From Camelus dromedarius (taxonomy: Eukaryota): 64,000 nt of DNA. Shown piece by piece: positions 1 through 12,560 of this stretch. Each line of letters starts with the position of its first letter. Within the stretch, counting starts at the first letter, position 1. The notes below the pieces were generated by a model that did not search any database, had not been told where the DNA came from, and saw only the letters and a list, made by a program, of their open reading frames with translations. The DNA lies in contig NC_087437.1 of the NCBI RefSeq assembly GCF_036321535.1, positions 27,902,001 through 27,966,000 of the forward strand, read 5' to 3'. A program made the translations under genes and the position numbers.

Positions 1-469
1 ACTTTGAAAAATGTGTTTTAGTCCTACATTTGGAAAAAATTAGTCTTTTTTTTTTTTTTTTTTTTTTTTTGGTAAGAGAAATATCTCCTTTTCCTGTTTG
101 CTTTTATTTCTTTCTATTGATGTCATTCTCCTTATTGTAATTAGTTCTAGGTTTTTGGAGTATTTTTCAAAAATCCTAGGCTTGGAAGTTTATTGATCAT
201 AGAATTATTTTTCATTTCTTGAAAGTGCAGCAAACCTATGTTAATAATTGGAATATTTCCAAATATCCTAATAGGCACTAGATATACTATAATGATGTAT
301 GTTGTAAATCTCCCGTATCAAATTTCTTATAGTTTGATTCATATTTTTATTCCTTTATTCTGTAAAAAATCATGTGTTGTACCCCTTCTATGTTACTACT
401 TGCTAGTCTCTATGCCAAACTTCAGGAATGTATGAGTTGGTTGAAATACTAACATAAAGCCTATTAAGA

Positions 470-1300
470 AAGAATAGATGTAAACAAATATAATCCCTTG
501 TTCCTACATGGAATAGCATCACCATGATAAAGTATAATGGTACCAGGGAGGAGGAATTGACTTATCTATTCGGAAGGAAGGGGTGAGTGAAGACTATTGG
601 AGGAAGTGACACTTGAACTGGGTATGGAAGGACAAATAGGTAAATGTTAGAGATAGTGGAGAGCAGCAGTGTGGTGTGGGGTGTAATGTTTTTCTAAACT
701 TGTGCAAAAGACTTTAGGAGCACAAAATAATATTATTTGTTAAGGAAAACATTCATTCTTTATTCTTTTACTTGGAAAACATTTATTAAGTGCCTGCTTT
801 TATAGAACATTGTATTAGGAGAAACAAAGGTAATTAAAAAGTTTCCTCTCCTTAAGGGGGAAGGTAGTAAGAGATAAGTCTGGAAAAGTAAACAGTATCA
901 TACTAAGAAATACAGATTTTTACCCTGATAGTAATGAAAAGTCATTGATGACACCAAGGTGAGAAACAAGAACAGACCAGTATTTTAAAAAGATAGTGCT
1001 AGGAGCAGTTTGGAGGATAGGCTATGGGAAGAGAGGAGAAATGAAAGACATCAAGCCCCCTGAGGAAGCATTTCAGGAACTCAGGAGAGATAATTAGGGC
1101 TGAGTGAGAGCTGAAATGAAGAGAAGTTACTGATGTAAAATTAGATGAGGAATCAACCAGGTTTGGGGAAGGAAAAGAGAAAGAGTTTTAAACTTGTAAA
1201 ATAGACTTGGATGAGGTACTAAAATCAAGATAGAGAAAATAGGTCTAAGAATAAATTGAGGGATAAATCAATTATTTGGGGACCTACTGAGCTTAAAGTT
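470..1300. mobile_element. Old L2-like fragments
   Basis: Purine-rich L2-type motifs such as GGAGGAAGTGACACTTGAACTGGG and ATTTATTAAGTGCCTGC; heavily decayed. Confidence 0.45.
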
Positions 1301-1384
1301 TATTTAAAGTTTATTTCTAGTCCAGTCTACTCCTCTGATAATGACATCTAACTGCTTATTAAATGTCCCACAGATACTTTATAC

Positions 1385-2270
1385 TTTGTCTCTATGATTT
1401 TTTGAGTCCTGTACATATCTCATATAAGTGGAATCCACAGTATGTTTTTGTGTGTGTGTATGTGACTAGCTTATTTAACTCAGCACAATGTCTTCAAGTT
1501 TCATCCACATTGTAGCATGTCAGAATTTTCTCCTTTTTGAGGGCCAAATAACAGTCCATTGTATGCATATGCACATTTTGCATATCCATTCATCTCTCTA
1601 TGGACTCTTGAGTTGCTTCCATGTGAATAGCTATTAGCTATTGTGAATAATGCTGCTATGAAAATGGTTGTATGTGTTCTTTGAGACTCTACTTTCAATT
1701 CTTCTGCGTATATATATATCCAGAGGTGGAACTGTGGGATCATATAATTCTATTTTTTATTTTTTGCCATACTGTTTTCCGCAGTAGCTGCAACATTTTA
1801 CATTCCCATCAAGAGTACACAGGATTCCAGTTTCTCCACCTCCTTGCCAACACTTGATATTTTCTGTTTTTGTTTTGTTTTTGTCCTGTAGTAGCCATCC
1901 TAATGGGTGTAATATGGTTATCTCATTAAAGTTTTGATTTGCATTTCCCTAATAATTAGTGATGTTGAACATCTATTCATGTGCTTACTGGTCATTTGTG
2001 TATCTTCTCTGGAGAAATGTCTATTCAAGTCCTTTCCCTATTTTTGAATAAGGTTCTTTTGTTAAGTTTTGAATTACAGGAATTCTCTATATATTCTGGA
2101 TATTAATCTCTTATCAGATATGTAATTTCCAAATATTTTCTCCCATTCTGTGGACTGCCCTTTTACTCTGTTGATATTGTCTTTTGGTGCACAAATTTTA
2201 AAATTTTCATGAGGTCCAATTTGTTTCTTTCTCTTGTGGCCTGTGCCTATGGTGTCCTATTGAAGAAAAG
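1385..2270 (-). mobile_element. L1 3' end (ORF2 C-terminus and 3' UTR), old L1M type
   Basis: Minus-strand FIAALFTIA motif in ORF 1501..1743; typical TTGCATTTCCCTAAT and GAGAAATGTCTATTCAAGTCC blocks. Confidence 0.85.
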
Positions 2271-2989
2271 ATAAACCAATGATTTTTATCTTTTTATGAA
2301 GCTATTATCCAGAAGTCATCTCACAGTTGAGCAGATAATACAAATATAACATTGTGTTTCAAATTCAAGAAATACTTTATTTTATTAGATGTAAAATATG
2401 ACTTTGATTTTTTTTTTGAGAACTTTAAAAATATCTTTTAATACAATCTTTCCTGAAGAGACATTATACTATATCTGGATTTCTGAGAAATCTCACATGA
2501 TCAGAAAATAAGCATTTTTATTCCAATTCCCAATTTTGGGTAATATTATGTAGTATCATTTGAAAATTATCTGCAGTAGCTTAGGTGAAGTTTCCCCTTA
2601 CATAAGCAAATAACTCTCAAATATTTAGTGGTGGTGGTTTTTAACATGTGTTGAATATTAGCTTTTATTTCTTTTCCATGTTTTTTTTCCCTCCTTTCAA
2701 CAAGCAGTCTATTAAAAATGGTATTGTTTCAACAACTTTAAAAACAATTGGGAAATAAAAAGCTAAAGCCCATTTAGAGACTTTACATAATTTTGTGTGT
2801 AATTTTGGAATGTGGAGGGCATCAAGGTCAGTCTGAAGAGCAGGGTCCAAAACTGACTAGCTGTTACATCCCACAGATCTAAAGCAAAGGTCAACTTCAC
2901 GAGGTGGACAGAGGGACAAATAGACAAGAGGTCCAGAAAAGTGGAGGCTCAACAGCAGACAGTATTGACAAAAAGGAAACACCAAGAGT

Positions 2990-4860
2990 GAGTCGTATTA
3001 TGTATGACAGGTTAATTGCTATTGATTTATTTTATAGTCTTTGTTGTGTGTGGAAAAGCACGTGATGGTGGAAGTCTAGGCTCCCATTTGCCCTTTTTTG
3101 GCATGGGTTGGGGTGAGACACGCTTTTTTTTTTTTTCCTGTTTTGTTTGACTGGAATAGAGTAGTTATTATCTATTCATTTATGTCTTGCTAAGCTGCCC
3201 CTTTTCTAGTCCTTTGCTAGAGAGAGCAGTTTTTTTGTGTGTTTTTGTCTATGCTCCTTGGATTTCCTAGGCTGCTGTTTTTTCAGATCCAAGTCTGGGA
3301 TTTATGAGCCAAAAAAGAAAACCCAAGGAATGCACCACCATTTGTTCCTTAGGTCCAGAGCTCCCTAGCTGGTCTGCCTTCTTTCCACCTTTCAGAGACT
3401 TCTTACTTCTCTTTTATACATAATGTTCAGAACTTTTAGTTGTACTTAATGGGAGAAATAGAAAAAAGTGTGTCTCTCCCACCTTCCTGGAAGCAGAAGT
3501 CCATTTCTATTTGTTAGCCTCTCTGAGTTACTTTGATTAGAGTTGTCTCTTGTATACAGTGTATATTTGGGTCTTGTTTTGTGAGTCAAAATGAAATTTT
3601 TAAAAAATAAGTGAGTTAAATCCATTCACATTTATTGATATGACTGATATGTTTGATTTCAATTGTCATATTTTGTAATTATACATTTTTTTTTAGTATT
3701 TATGCATATATTATAGTATGCTATGTGTCTTTTTGAGATGTATATTATTTATGTTGCTTGCTCATTATGTGTGTTTAGGAAGGTTTGGATTTTTGTTCTT
3801 GTAGTTACTTTTGTATTTATTCCTTTTAAAAATATATTTAGTTTTCTGTTTTCTTATCTAAACTTTTACTAACTGGTTTATTCTATTTTTTCATCATTTT
3901 TTAATGCTCATCTATTGCCTATACAGCAATGAGCCTTTTCTGTTTTCCTTTTTCCTTCTGGTTGTTCTACTTTATTTTGTCAGTTGCTTAACTTCTACTA
4001 TGTCACAGTATGTAACATTTGTACATTAGTCTTCCACTTTTATCCCATACTGTTTTAGTCTTATATGTGTATTTATATATTTTAATACTTATTATTGATC
4101 TTTTTGATGAAGGTTTCCCAATCATTGCTTGAAGTTTATTTGCTTGTGAATTACTCAAGAAGGGCTGAATGCAGAATCTCTTATGTTTTTATATGTTAGA
4201 AATAATTTTACTATGATTGGTATTTGAAGGACAGATTTTTGGACATAAAATCCTTTTTTCCTATTTTCTTTTATTGAATATTTTTATAAAAGTTGACTCA
4301 TAGTTGTTCTGTATTTGGTTTTGAAAAGCCTGTCAATCTAATTATTTTGACTTTGTAAACTATTTGAATTTTTTCCTTGGAGATCTTGAGGATTTTATAT
4401 TTATCTTTGAAATCTAATTATTTTTTACTAGGAAAATGCCTTCATCTTTTTTGCCAGCTACTCAGTGAAACTTTTCAGTGTGTAGATTTAGGTGATTTTT
4501 TTTTTTAATTTCTGGAACTTTGTCTTGGACTATAGTTTTACATATTATTTCTGTTCTACAGTCTTGCTTTTTCAGTGACTGCTGATATGTTCTCTGTGGC
4601 TCTTTCTACTTCTTCATGTCATTTTCACCCTCTTGGTCATTTTCCTGCCTTTCTTCAATGACCTTTATTACATTTTCATTTGACATGATTCTGCCTTAAG
4701 CATCTTATATTCTTCATTTCTGAGATAATTGTCTTTTTCTTCCATATCTTCCCTTAGTTCAAGCAACTCTTTTATTTCTCCCTCTTTTTTCCCCTATATC
4801 TTTTTCTATTTCTGATTCAAGGTAGCTTTCTTATCTTCAAATGTTTGAGTATATTTACTC
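2990..4860 (-). mobile_element. Ancient L1M-type fragments
   Basis: T-rich plus strand with L1-like blocks such as TTGGGTCTTGTTTT and CCATTCACATTTATTG; boundaries approximate. Confidence 0.45.
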
Positions 4861-5255
4861 CTCTTTCTATATATTTATATCTATTTATATAGAATTTTTC
4901 TATATATTTATATCTATTTATATAGAATTTTTTTCTGGGTGCCTATAGTCTTCTGATCACAGTAATCATGTTTTTGAGGCTATTGAACTTCTTTCTTTTA
5001 ATACTTTCTACCACATTTAGCATATGTTACGCTTACCCAAGAATTTCAATAAATACAAAGCTTCTCTATAGTTTTATATCTATAGATTTAGTAACTTGAA
5101 TAATGAAATATTGTTAGACTCCTGTAAATTATAGCTTAAGGAAACAAAATATTGATCACCTTGCTCAAAACTTTTGAGACTAAAATATTCCTTAGCTTTT
5201 AACTATATGATTCCATATATCTATGCATTAAATAAGGTGAAGGAGTATCTCTCTA

Positions 5256-5415
5256 GCAGAGCATTTCTCAAACATTAGTGTGTCTATGAATTAATTGGTG
5301 TTCTTGTTAAAATGCATAATCTTATACAGGAGGACTGGGATGGCCTGTAATCTGGAATCTATAATCTCCCAGGTTATGTCCATCTTGGTCTAAAATCCAC
5401 ATTTTGAATAGCAAC
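5256..5415. mobile_element. MER5A-like hAT-Charlie MITE
   Basis: TTTCTCAAAC...CTTGTTAAAATGCA...CTCCCAGGT...CCACATTTTGAATAGCA layout typical of MER5. Confidence 0.7.
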
Positions 5416-7704
5416 GTATTGATGCTGTATGATTCAGGCTTTTCTCATGCAACTGAAATGGTCACTTGTATTATTTATTTGGTTTTATGATGTATCTGTT
5501 ACCTCTGTACCTCTGTAATGTTTTTGGCAAAGGAAGACCCCCTTGAAGGGGCAACATCTGAACTGAGATGTGAGAAGTCCACCAAATTCTCCTGTATCTC
5601 TTGATGCTTTCTTCTTTATTTAAATTTATGGAACCCTGCCTAAGCCTTTATGTGTAGGGTCATTCTTTGGCATTTCCTGGAGCTCCACTGGTCTTGGAAG
5701 GTGCCAAGACCTCTATTTCAGTCTACTTCAATTACTTTCTTATCACATTATTCTATGGTCTCTTCACCTTGTCTTCTTGGAAGCCTTGGATCCTGTAGTA
5801 CTTATTGCCTTTCCAGCTATTAAACTAGCTGATTAAAAGAGTCTGAGTACTGCTTTCAATGTCTGTGTTGGTCAGGAAGCTTTACTGCCTGAAAGTCTTC
5901 TGCACCATGGGTGAAAAGTGCAACTTCCTTGGAGCCAGGTACCCTGAGTTAAAGGTTTACATGTAATTAAATTTTACATGTAGTTCTGACAGTGTAAAAG
6001 AAGATGACCTTCATCATGTTTGTGTCCATATGGACCATACTACACTTCTCATATGTTGAATAAATGTTTTTATAAATCTCCTAAGTATATTTAGAATAGT
6101 ACAATTATATCATACTATAAATTTTTATGTTAAGTGTAAACATTTAAATAAAATTCAGTTTTTATAGACTTCTTTGGGTACATCTTCGTTTATCAAAATA
6201 TTGGTAGCCTCAATAAAAAAAGAAAAAGCTGTGCCTCTTTCAAGCTGAGTGACTGAGCAAAATGCAGTTGCTGTATATTTATCTTTTATAATATAAATCA
6301 ACCAATATAACAGTGTAGTATTTCAACTCTTTTTGTACTTTGATCTTTGCCTTTCCTTTTTCATTGAGATAATCAAGATTGAATAATGAAAACTATGTTT
6401 TGAGCGGGGATTACTCAGCCATAAATTAAATTCTTTGTAATCATGAGACAGCATGCAGAGTGTTAATTTGAGATATTACAATAATACTGAAGAAAATATA
6501 AGCTCATGAAATATACTTAAATGCTTCTAAATTACTAAATCTCCCTTAAAAGTGAATTCAGTTATTTGATGATGTAAGTGTCAATGAATCAGTAACATTT
6601 GGATTAGATTTTTTTTAATTGCATGTGATTACTGAATAATGGAATTCTGCCTAAAATACATTTTAAATTTTAGTAATCATTTCTGGAATTATGCCAAAGA
6701 ATTGTGCACATTCCTTTAATGGTCATATGTGGTAAAGAAAGTTTATTTCCTTATGGTCTCAGAATTATAAGCTAAAGGTCACTTTGAGCATAAAGTTAAG
6801 GAGATTAACTTGGAAAAAAAAATCCCTGGACATCAAGTAACAAGTCAGCCAATAAACAGTCAAGCAAATTTAATTTTAAAAAGTACTATGTCTGTTTTTT
6901 TCATTTAGCAGGTTATTTTTCATGTCATTTGTTTTCCTTAAAATCCTGTGTATGTGTGTGTTTCTTTATAGTTAGTATATATTAATTATATAAAAGCATT
7001 TATGTTGGAAAGAAGAAAAATGATCACATGGATTTCTTTTCATCAAAGGTAACCATTATTAACACTAACATTTTTCTGCGCTTTTTTTATGCATATTTTT
7101 ATCACTGAGATTCTGTAAAGATATTTTCATCCTAACTATTTTCACTTAACATTTAATCTAAATATTTTTCCGCATTACTAAACATTCTTTGAAGTATTTT
7201 TTTAGTGGCTATGTAGTACTATATCACATAGCTGTACCATATTTTGCTTTTGCATTCCCCTATTATTGAACTGTTAGGAGAATTGGAAACAGTTCAATAA
7301 TAATTCTCCTATCTCATAAATATGGCTATGATGAACATTACACACAAAATAGTTTTCTTTGTATATAAAAGCCTAATTTATTACTGGATCAAAAAATAAA
7401 AATATTTGTCAACATCTTGATGCAATCATTTTCTCCAAAAATATTGTACTAACTTAAACTCATATTAGCAATGGGAATTCTTAAGTCTTCCTTAATAACA
7501 GGCAAAAGTTTTACCTCATTTAAATTTTTATCTACTTGCTTATAAATCTACTGGGATCTTAGAGCCTTCATTTTTATTTGTAGGAGCTGTTATGAGGAAT
7601 GAACTCTTTTTATTTACTCTCCTATATTAGAAGATGTTCACAAAGATAGGATAGGACTTTGCACTTTCTTGACTGAGCTATGAGGGAGAAAAGATGTATG
7701 AACA

Positions 7705-8800
7705 GAGGATGTCTTTCTATTTATTTGGATATTCTTTAATTTTTTTCAATAATGTTTCATAGTTTTCAAAGAATATGTTTTGTACTTCTTTCGGTAATTT
7801 ATTCCTAACTATTTCATTCTTTTTTATGTTGTTGTATATAGAACTGTTGTTACCTTAATTTTATTTTTGAATTGTTCATGCTAGTGTACAGAAATAGAAC
7901 TGATTTTTATATTTCCATCTTGCACCCTTATAATTTAGTTCAACATGGTTCTCCATCTCCTGTATTTCCTGCAAATTGGCAGCTAGATTGAAAGTCCTGA
8001 TCAAACTTGGGTTCTGTCTCTTTGGCCATTCTGTAGGTGAGGTTGTGTTCTTACATCAGAACACACATGCTGTCTAGTTTTTGCTCTTTTTTGTGGTGAG
8101 TAACCACTGATGCTTAGTGCCGAGGCGGTGAACCCCAATTGGGTTTGAGTAAAGGTGATATTCCAATTGTATTACTTCTTTTTCATTTATTAGATAAAAT
8201 TTTAATGAAGAGACTTTTCCTCTTGCCTAGTCCTAGGTTGACCAGTAGTACAGTTTATATGGGAAAGTCAAGATAAATTCTTGTTTCTTTCCCTTTATGT
8301 AGAGTTTTCAAGATGACAAACTGCTTCACTGTCATTCTCAGAAGGTATCTAGTTTATTGTTTTCTTTTTAAATACTATAATGAAAGTACAGATTTGAATA
8401 CTTTTGATGGAATTCACTCAACTGCATTTCTTCTCCATATTAAACTGGTCCATATTTGGTCAGTGGGAACCCCTTCAAGTTGGCCTCAGTGTCCTTTCAA
8501 CATGACCCTTGTAATATTTGATAGCTTCCTTATTATCTGGTAGGATACGGTGTTCTTGGCTCAACTAGTACATTTCTTACACTGGAATCAGTAATTTTTC
8601 AAGATGTTCTGGCTTCTTTCACTTTGAATTGTTATTTCAAGATCACAGTCTGGATACTTAAAATGCTTAATGCTCATGGGTTGGTTACTGTAGCTCATTC
8701 TATGCTGTTTTAGTTGACAAAGGTAGAAAATGTTTTGTGTGTATGCACACACAGAATTATTTATACACAAGGATGAAATACATTGTGGTCTTACAATGAC
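7705..8800 (-). mobile_element. Old L1 fragments
   Basis: ORF2-type block GATGTCTTTCTATTTATTTGG...CTAGTGTACAGAAATAGAACTGATTTTT, followed by L1M-like sequence. Confidence 0.5.
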
Positions 8801-11800
8801 AGTTCTACTTAGTATGATTTTATAGGTGTTTTTCCTCCCAAGAGTAGGCTAGTTTATTTCCCATGATGAGCATCTCATCATCTGAGCCTCCTCTGACCTG
8901 CTATTTTTATTCATGCTCCTCAAAGTCTCATCCTGTTTTTTCTCAGGCTCCCAACTAGCTTAATGTGAAATAATGAAACATGAGAAAGATGTTTTCAGGA
9001 AGTGTCCCATCCGTACAAAAGCAAAACTGTTTTCACTTAAATTAGAATTAAAAACATTACAAATTAATATTGCTTGGAATCCAGATACTTTGTGATAAAC
9101 TTATTTTACTATTGAATGTTTGTTTTATTCAACGGATTCTAAATTTATTTCCTATATAGTGCCTCTGATTTAGGAGTGTCTCAAAAATAGCAATATAGTC
9201 TTTGAAAACATGATTTTATAAGTGTACAATAATGTCATATATAAAGGAATAGTTTTTTTGAGCAACACAGATGATTCTCATCTGTAGGGTATATGATTTT
9301 TTCCTTTTTTATGTAATGTTCTTCTCATGTATTGTTTTCCTGATTTCATTTGGTTGTCTACATTCTCTTATAGCTCACTGAACTTAAGACACTTATTTTG
9401 CATTTGTTGTCAGGTAATAAGATCTCTACTTCTTTAGGGCAGTTACTAGTGCTTTATTTTAGTTCCTTTGGTGGTTTCATGTTTCTCTGAGTCTATGATC
9501 TTTGTAGCCTTGTGTTGGTGTCTGTGCATCTAAAGAAAAAACATTTCTTCCATTCTTTGCAGGCTAGCTTTGGCAAGGAAAGCCCTTCACTAGTCAGCCC
9601 AGCCAAAGATTCTGAGAGGGCTGGCTGATGGAGTCCACAGTGTTCCAGGGTGTGCAGCAAAATCCCTTGGTCACTTCACTCTCCCTTTCCCCATGGGAGA
9701 ACTTGGAAGCCAAGGGGATTTCTTTTGGCATTGCATTCTGATGGGTGATGCAGGTAAAGTGAAACTATTCTTACCCTTCTCAATGCATCTTGTTTGTTTG
9801 TTTGTTTCTGTGCTCTTCCCCATTATTGTTATCTTTCACCTGGATTTCAGAACTCTTGTGAAGGTATTTTCTTCTGTAAACGGTTATAATATTGGTGTTT
9901 CTATATTAGGTCTATAGGGTTTCTCTATAGGAACCTCCTATTCCACCATTTTCCTGATGTCATTCAGCATTTTTTTTTTTTTTTTTTTTTTGGTTCTTCT
10001 TTTGGTGAAAGATACTTTGGCCCAGGCCTGCCTCAAATATTTGAGATATCTAAGCTGAATACCTCTTTTTTGGAGTTATTTATTCAAAAGATGGTTCATG
10101 AAATCAAGTTACTTGTCTCCATTTGTGCAAGTCCTAATCTGGTAATTAATATCAGATGAGAAAGAAAGCCATTCTCTTTTGCATTAAAAAATTTCAAATA
10201 GTTTTTTAAATATTTTGGTCCCACTTACAGATTCCTTATTAAAACAAGTGACATTAAATGGACTCCTCTACAGAACAATTATCCTTGCAAAAAAAAAAAA
10301 ATCTATGGTTAAGCCTCCACTCCCTCATCTTTTCCCCCAAGGAATGTTAAGATCCTAAAAATTACCATAAACTGGTGATGTGTGTATTTTATGACACAAC
10401 TTGGGCTACTTTCAATGATTTGTTGAAACTACCAGGCATATTTTTATAGTAAAATATATACCTGTATTGTTGTGAGATAAACAGAAATCAAAATGTATAG
10501 GTCATATCCAACTGCATCGAATTAATTAAATACCACCCTCGCCCCGCTCCCAACCTTTTAAAAACTCTAACAGCATTATGGGATGTTTTAAAGATAAATT
10601 ATGGTTAGTAACAAAGTATAGAATCTGCAAATAACAAGTCTGAAACTTCCACTTCCAAAATTCTTTTTAACCCTTCTTAAACATATTTGCCAATTTCAGT
10701 GTATTTCACCTGTTATGATTTTCAAAGGACATATCTGTATGTGACTTGGTGCATAAAACTTGAACCAAATGAATGTTCTTGATCTTTCCCTGGTGATATT
10801 TAAGGCAGATCATTTTCCTTAACTGTTAGCTTGTTAAACAACAGGATGTCACTAGACATTTATGTAGAACCTCTATTCTCAACTATTTTAAAACAGGATG
10901 AGTAGTCAAGAAATTTGGCCTAGGTGGCACTTATCTTTTTTAGTTCATCGTTTTCTTCATCTGCCAAATTAATAGAAATGTAAGTCTCCTATTTTCATTT
11001 TCGAAAGGGAAGGTAAATTTTACTCAGGAGATTGTGCGTGTGATCTGTCCTGGACAAAAAAGTATACTGGACTTCTCCTGTCCAGTCCTTTCTTCCTTGT
11101 GTACCAGGTGAGAGGAAAAGTTGACTCATTGTTCTTGGCCATTCTGAACAAGCCTATTACTTGCCATGAAGAGTTGGGGGAAGCAGTTTGCATCCTGAGA
11201 TATTCTAACAAATAGCCTTTAAATGTGCATTTGTATATGTCTAAAATAAAAATATGAAGGCGTTAAAATGGTTAAACAGAGGAAGCTTACAGATAATAGA
11301 GGAAAAAAAAAATACCTGAACAGTTCAAAGGAAAATTGATCTCTGAATCTACTGACTACTCTTGACAAGCAGCACTACATTTTTCTATTCTTGGACAGCA
11401 AAGTTTCTTATAATTATCAAAACAATCTCACACAAGAGCCTACTAATTTTGTGTGTGTGTGCTTTTTTCACACTTTTGAATAAATTTTTAACAAGATTTC
11501 ACTCTTGAAAAACTAGGTTTTTAAATATATTTTGTTACTTGCTGCTGTGTTTTTTTTGGTCTAAATCAAGATTATAACTATTTCCTATAACTATTATCTT
11601 TAAAATCTCGTTACATAGATTGTCTCCTTTTGAGAGTAACAAATTCAGCCCTCAAAGCCAGAATAATAAAACTATCAAGTTGTCTTTATACCCAGAAGAC
11701 TACTAGATCAATCAATAATTAAACATCAGTAACTTTCACTTTTACTTTATAAAAGGAGGGATGCTAAAAATAATTGTGTGTGTGTATATATATATATATA

Positions 11801-12329
11801 AAATCATATCATAATTTTAATTACTTCAACACTCCTCTCAAAACTACTCTCGTCCTGTTTACCAAGCCCAAGACATAAGAAGAGATGACAAGTCAAAAAG
11901 AGCAGCTTTTTTCCTACAATGATTATATGCAAAATAAATGTTTTAGTACATTTGTACTTTTTTAGGATGAATAGAAAGTTAAGTCACTGTGCAAAGACAG
12001 CTATATTGTACAAAGACAGCCAGTGTAACTATCAATAAGCTTTGATTATAAAGATTTTCTGTGTTCAAAATAGCTTGCCAATTGGTGAGAATTATAACAT
12101 ACATTTTATGGGATACATTAAAAGACTCTGGAGACTTGTCAGTGACCTCACTGTTATTAATATGTTCTTATTCTCAGCGTAATCATTTACCGAATTGTTA
12201 AAAAATTTGTATGAAACTTCAATAGGAGACTTCCTCATTCTTATTTTGTTCATTATTATAATTAAATAAAGAGAGTCTTTCGATCCTATAATCAAAAAGT
12301 GGTTTCTACTTTTCATTCACACTGGCCTA

Positions 12330-12560
12330 AAGGCCCCTAGTACAAGGTTCAGGGTGTACTGGAAGAAACATCAAAAGAATGATGACTTCAGTAAAGAACT
12401 TGACCACATACTCTTAACTACTGATTCTATGTGGAACAGCCTTCAGCATACAGGTCCTAGGAACAACTTCCTATCAGACAGTATTTCTAGCACTCCTAGT
12501 ATAGGTGCAGATGACTGTGATAGTGGACTCCCCTAAAACCCAGGATCAAATGAGTAAGAA
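12330..12560 (+). mobile_element. ERV1 internal remnant, integrase C-terminal fragment
   Basis: Translation VYWKKHQK...HILLTTDS...LQHTGP resembles the class I ERV integrase C-terminal pattern (VYWK.H...VLLTT...KLQG..PW). The surrounding AT-rich 10-15.9 kb may be the same non-autonomous internal region. Confidence 0.5.
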
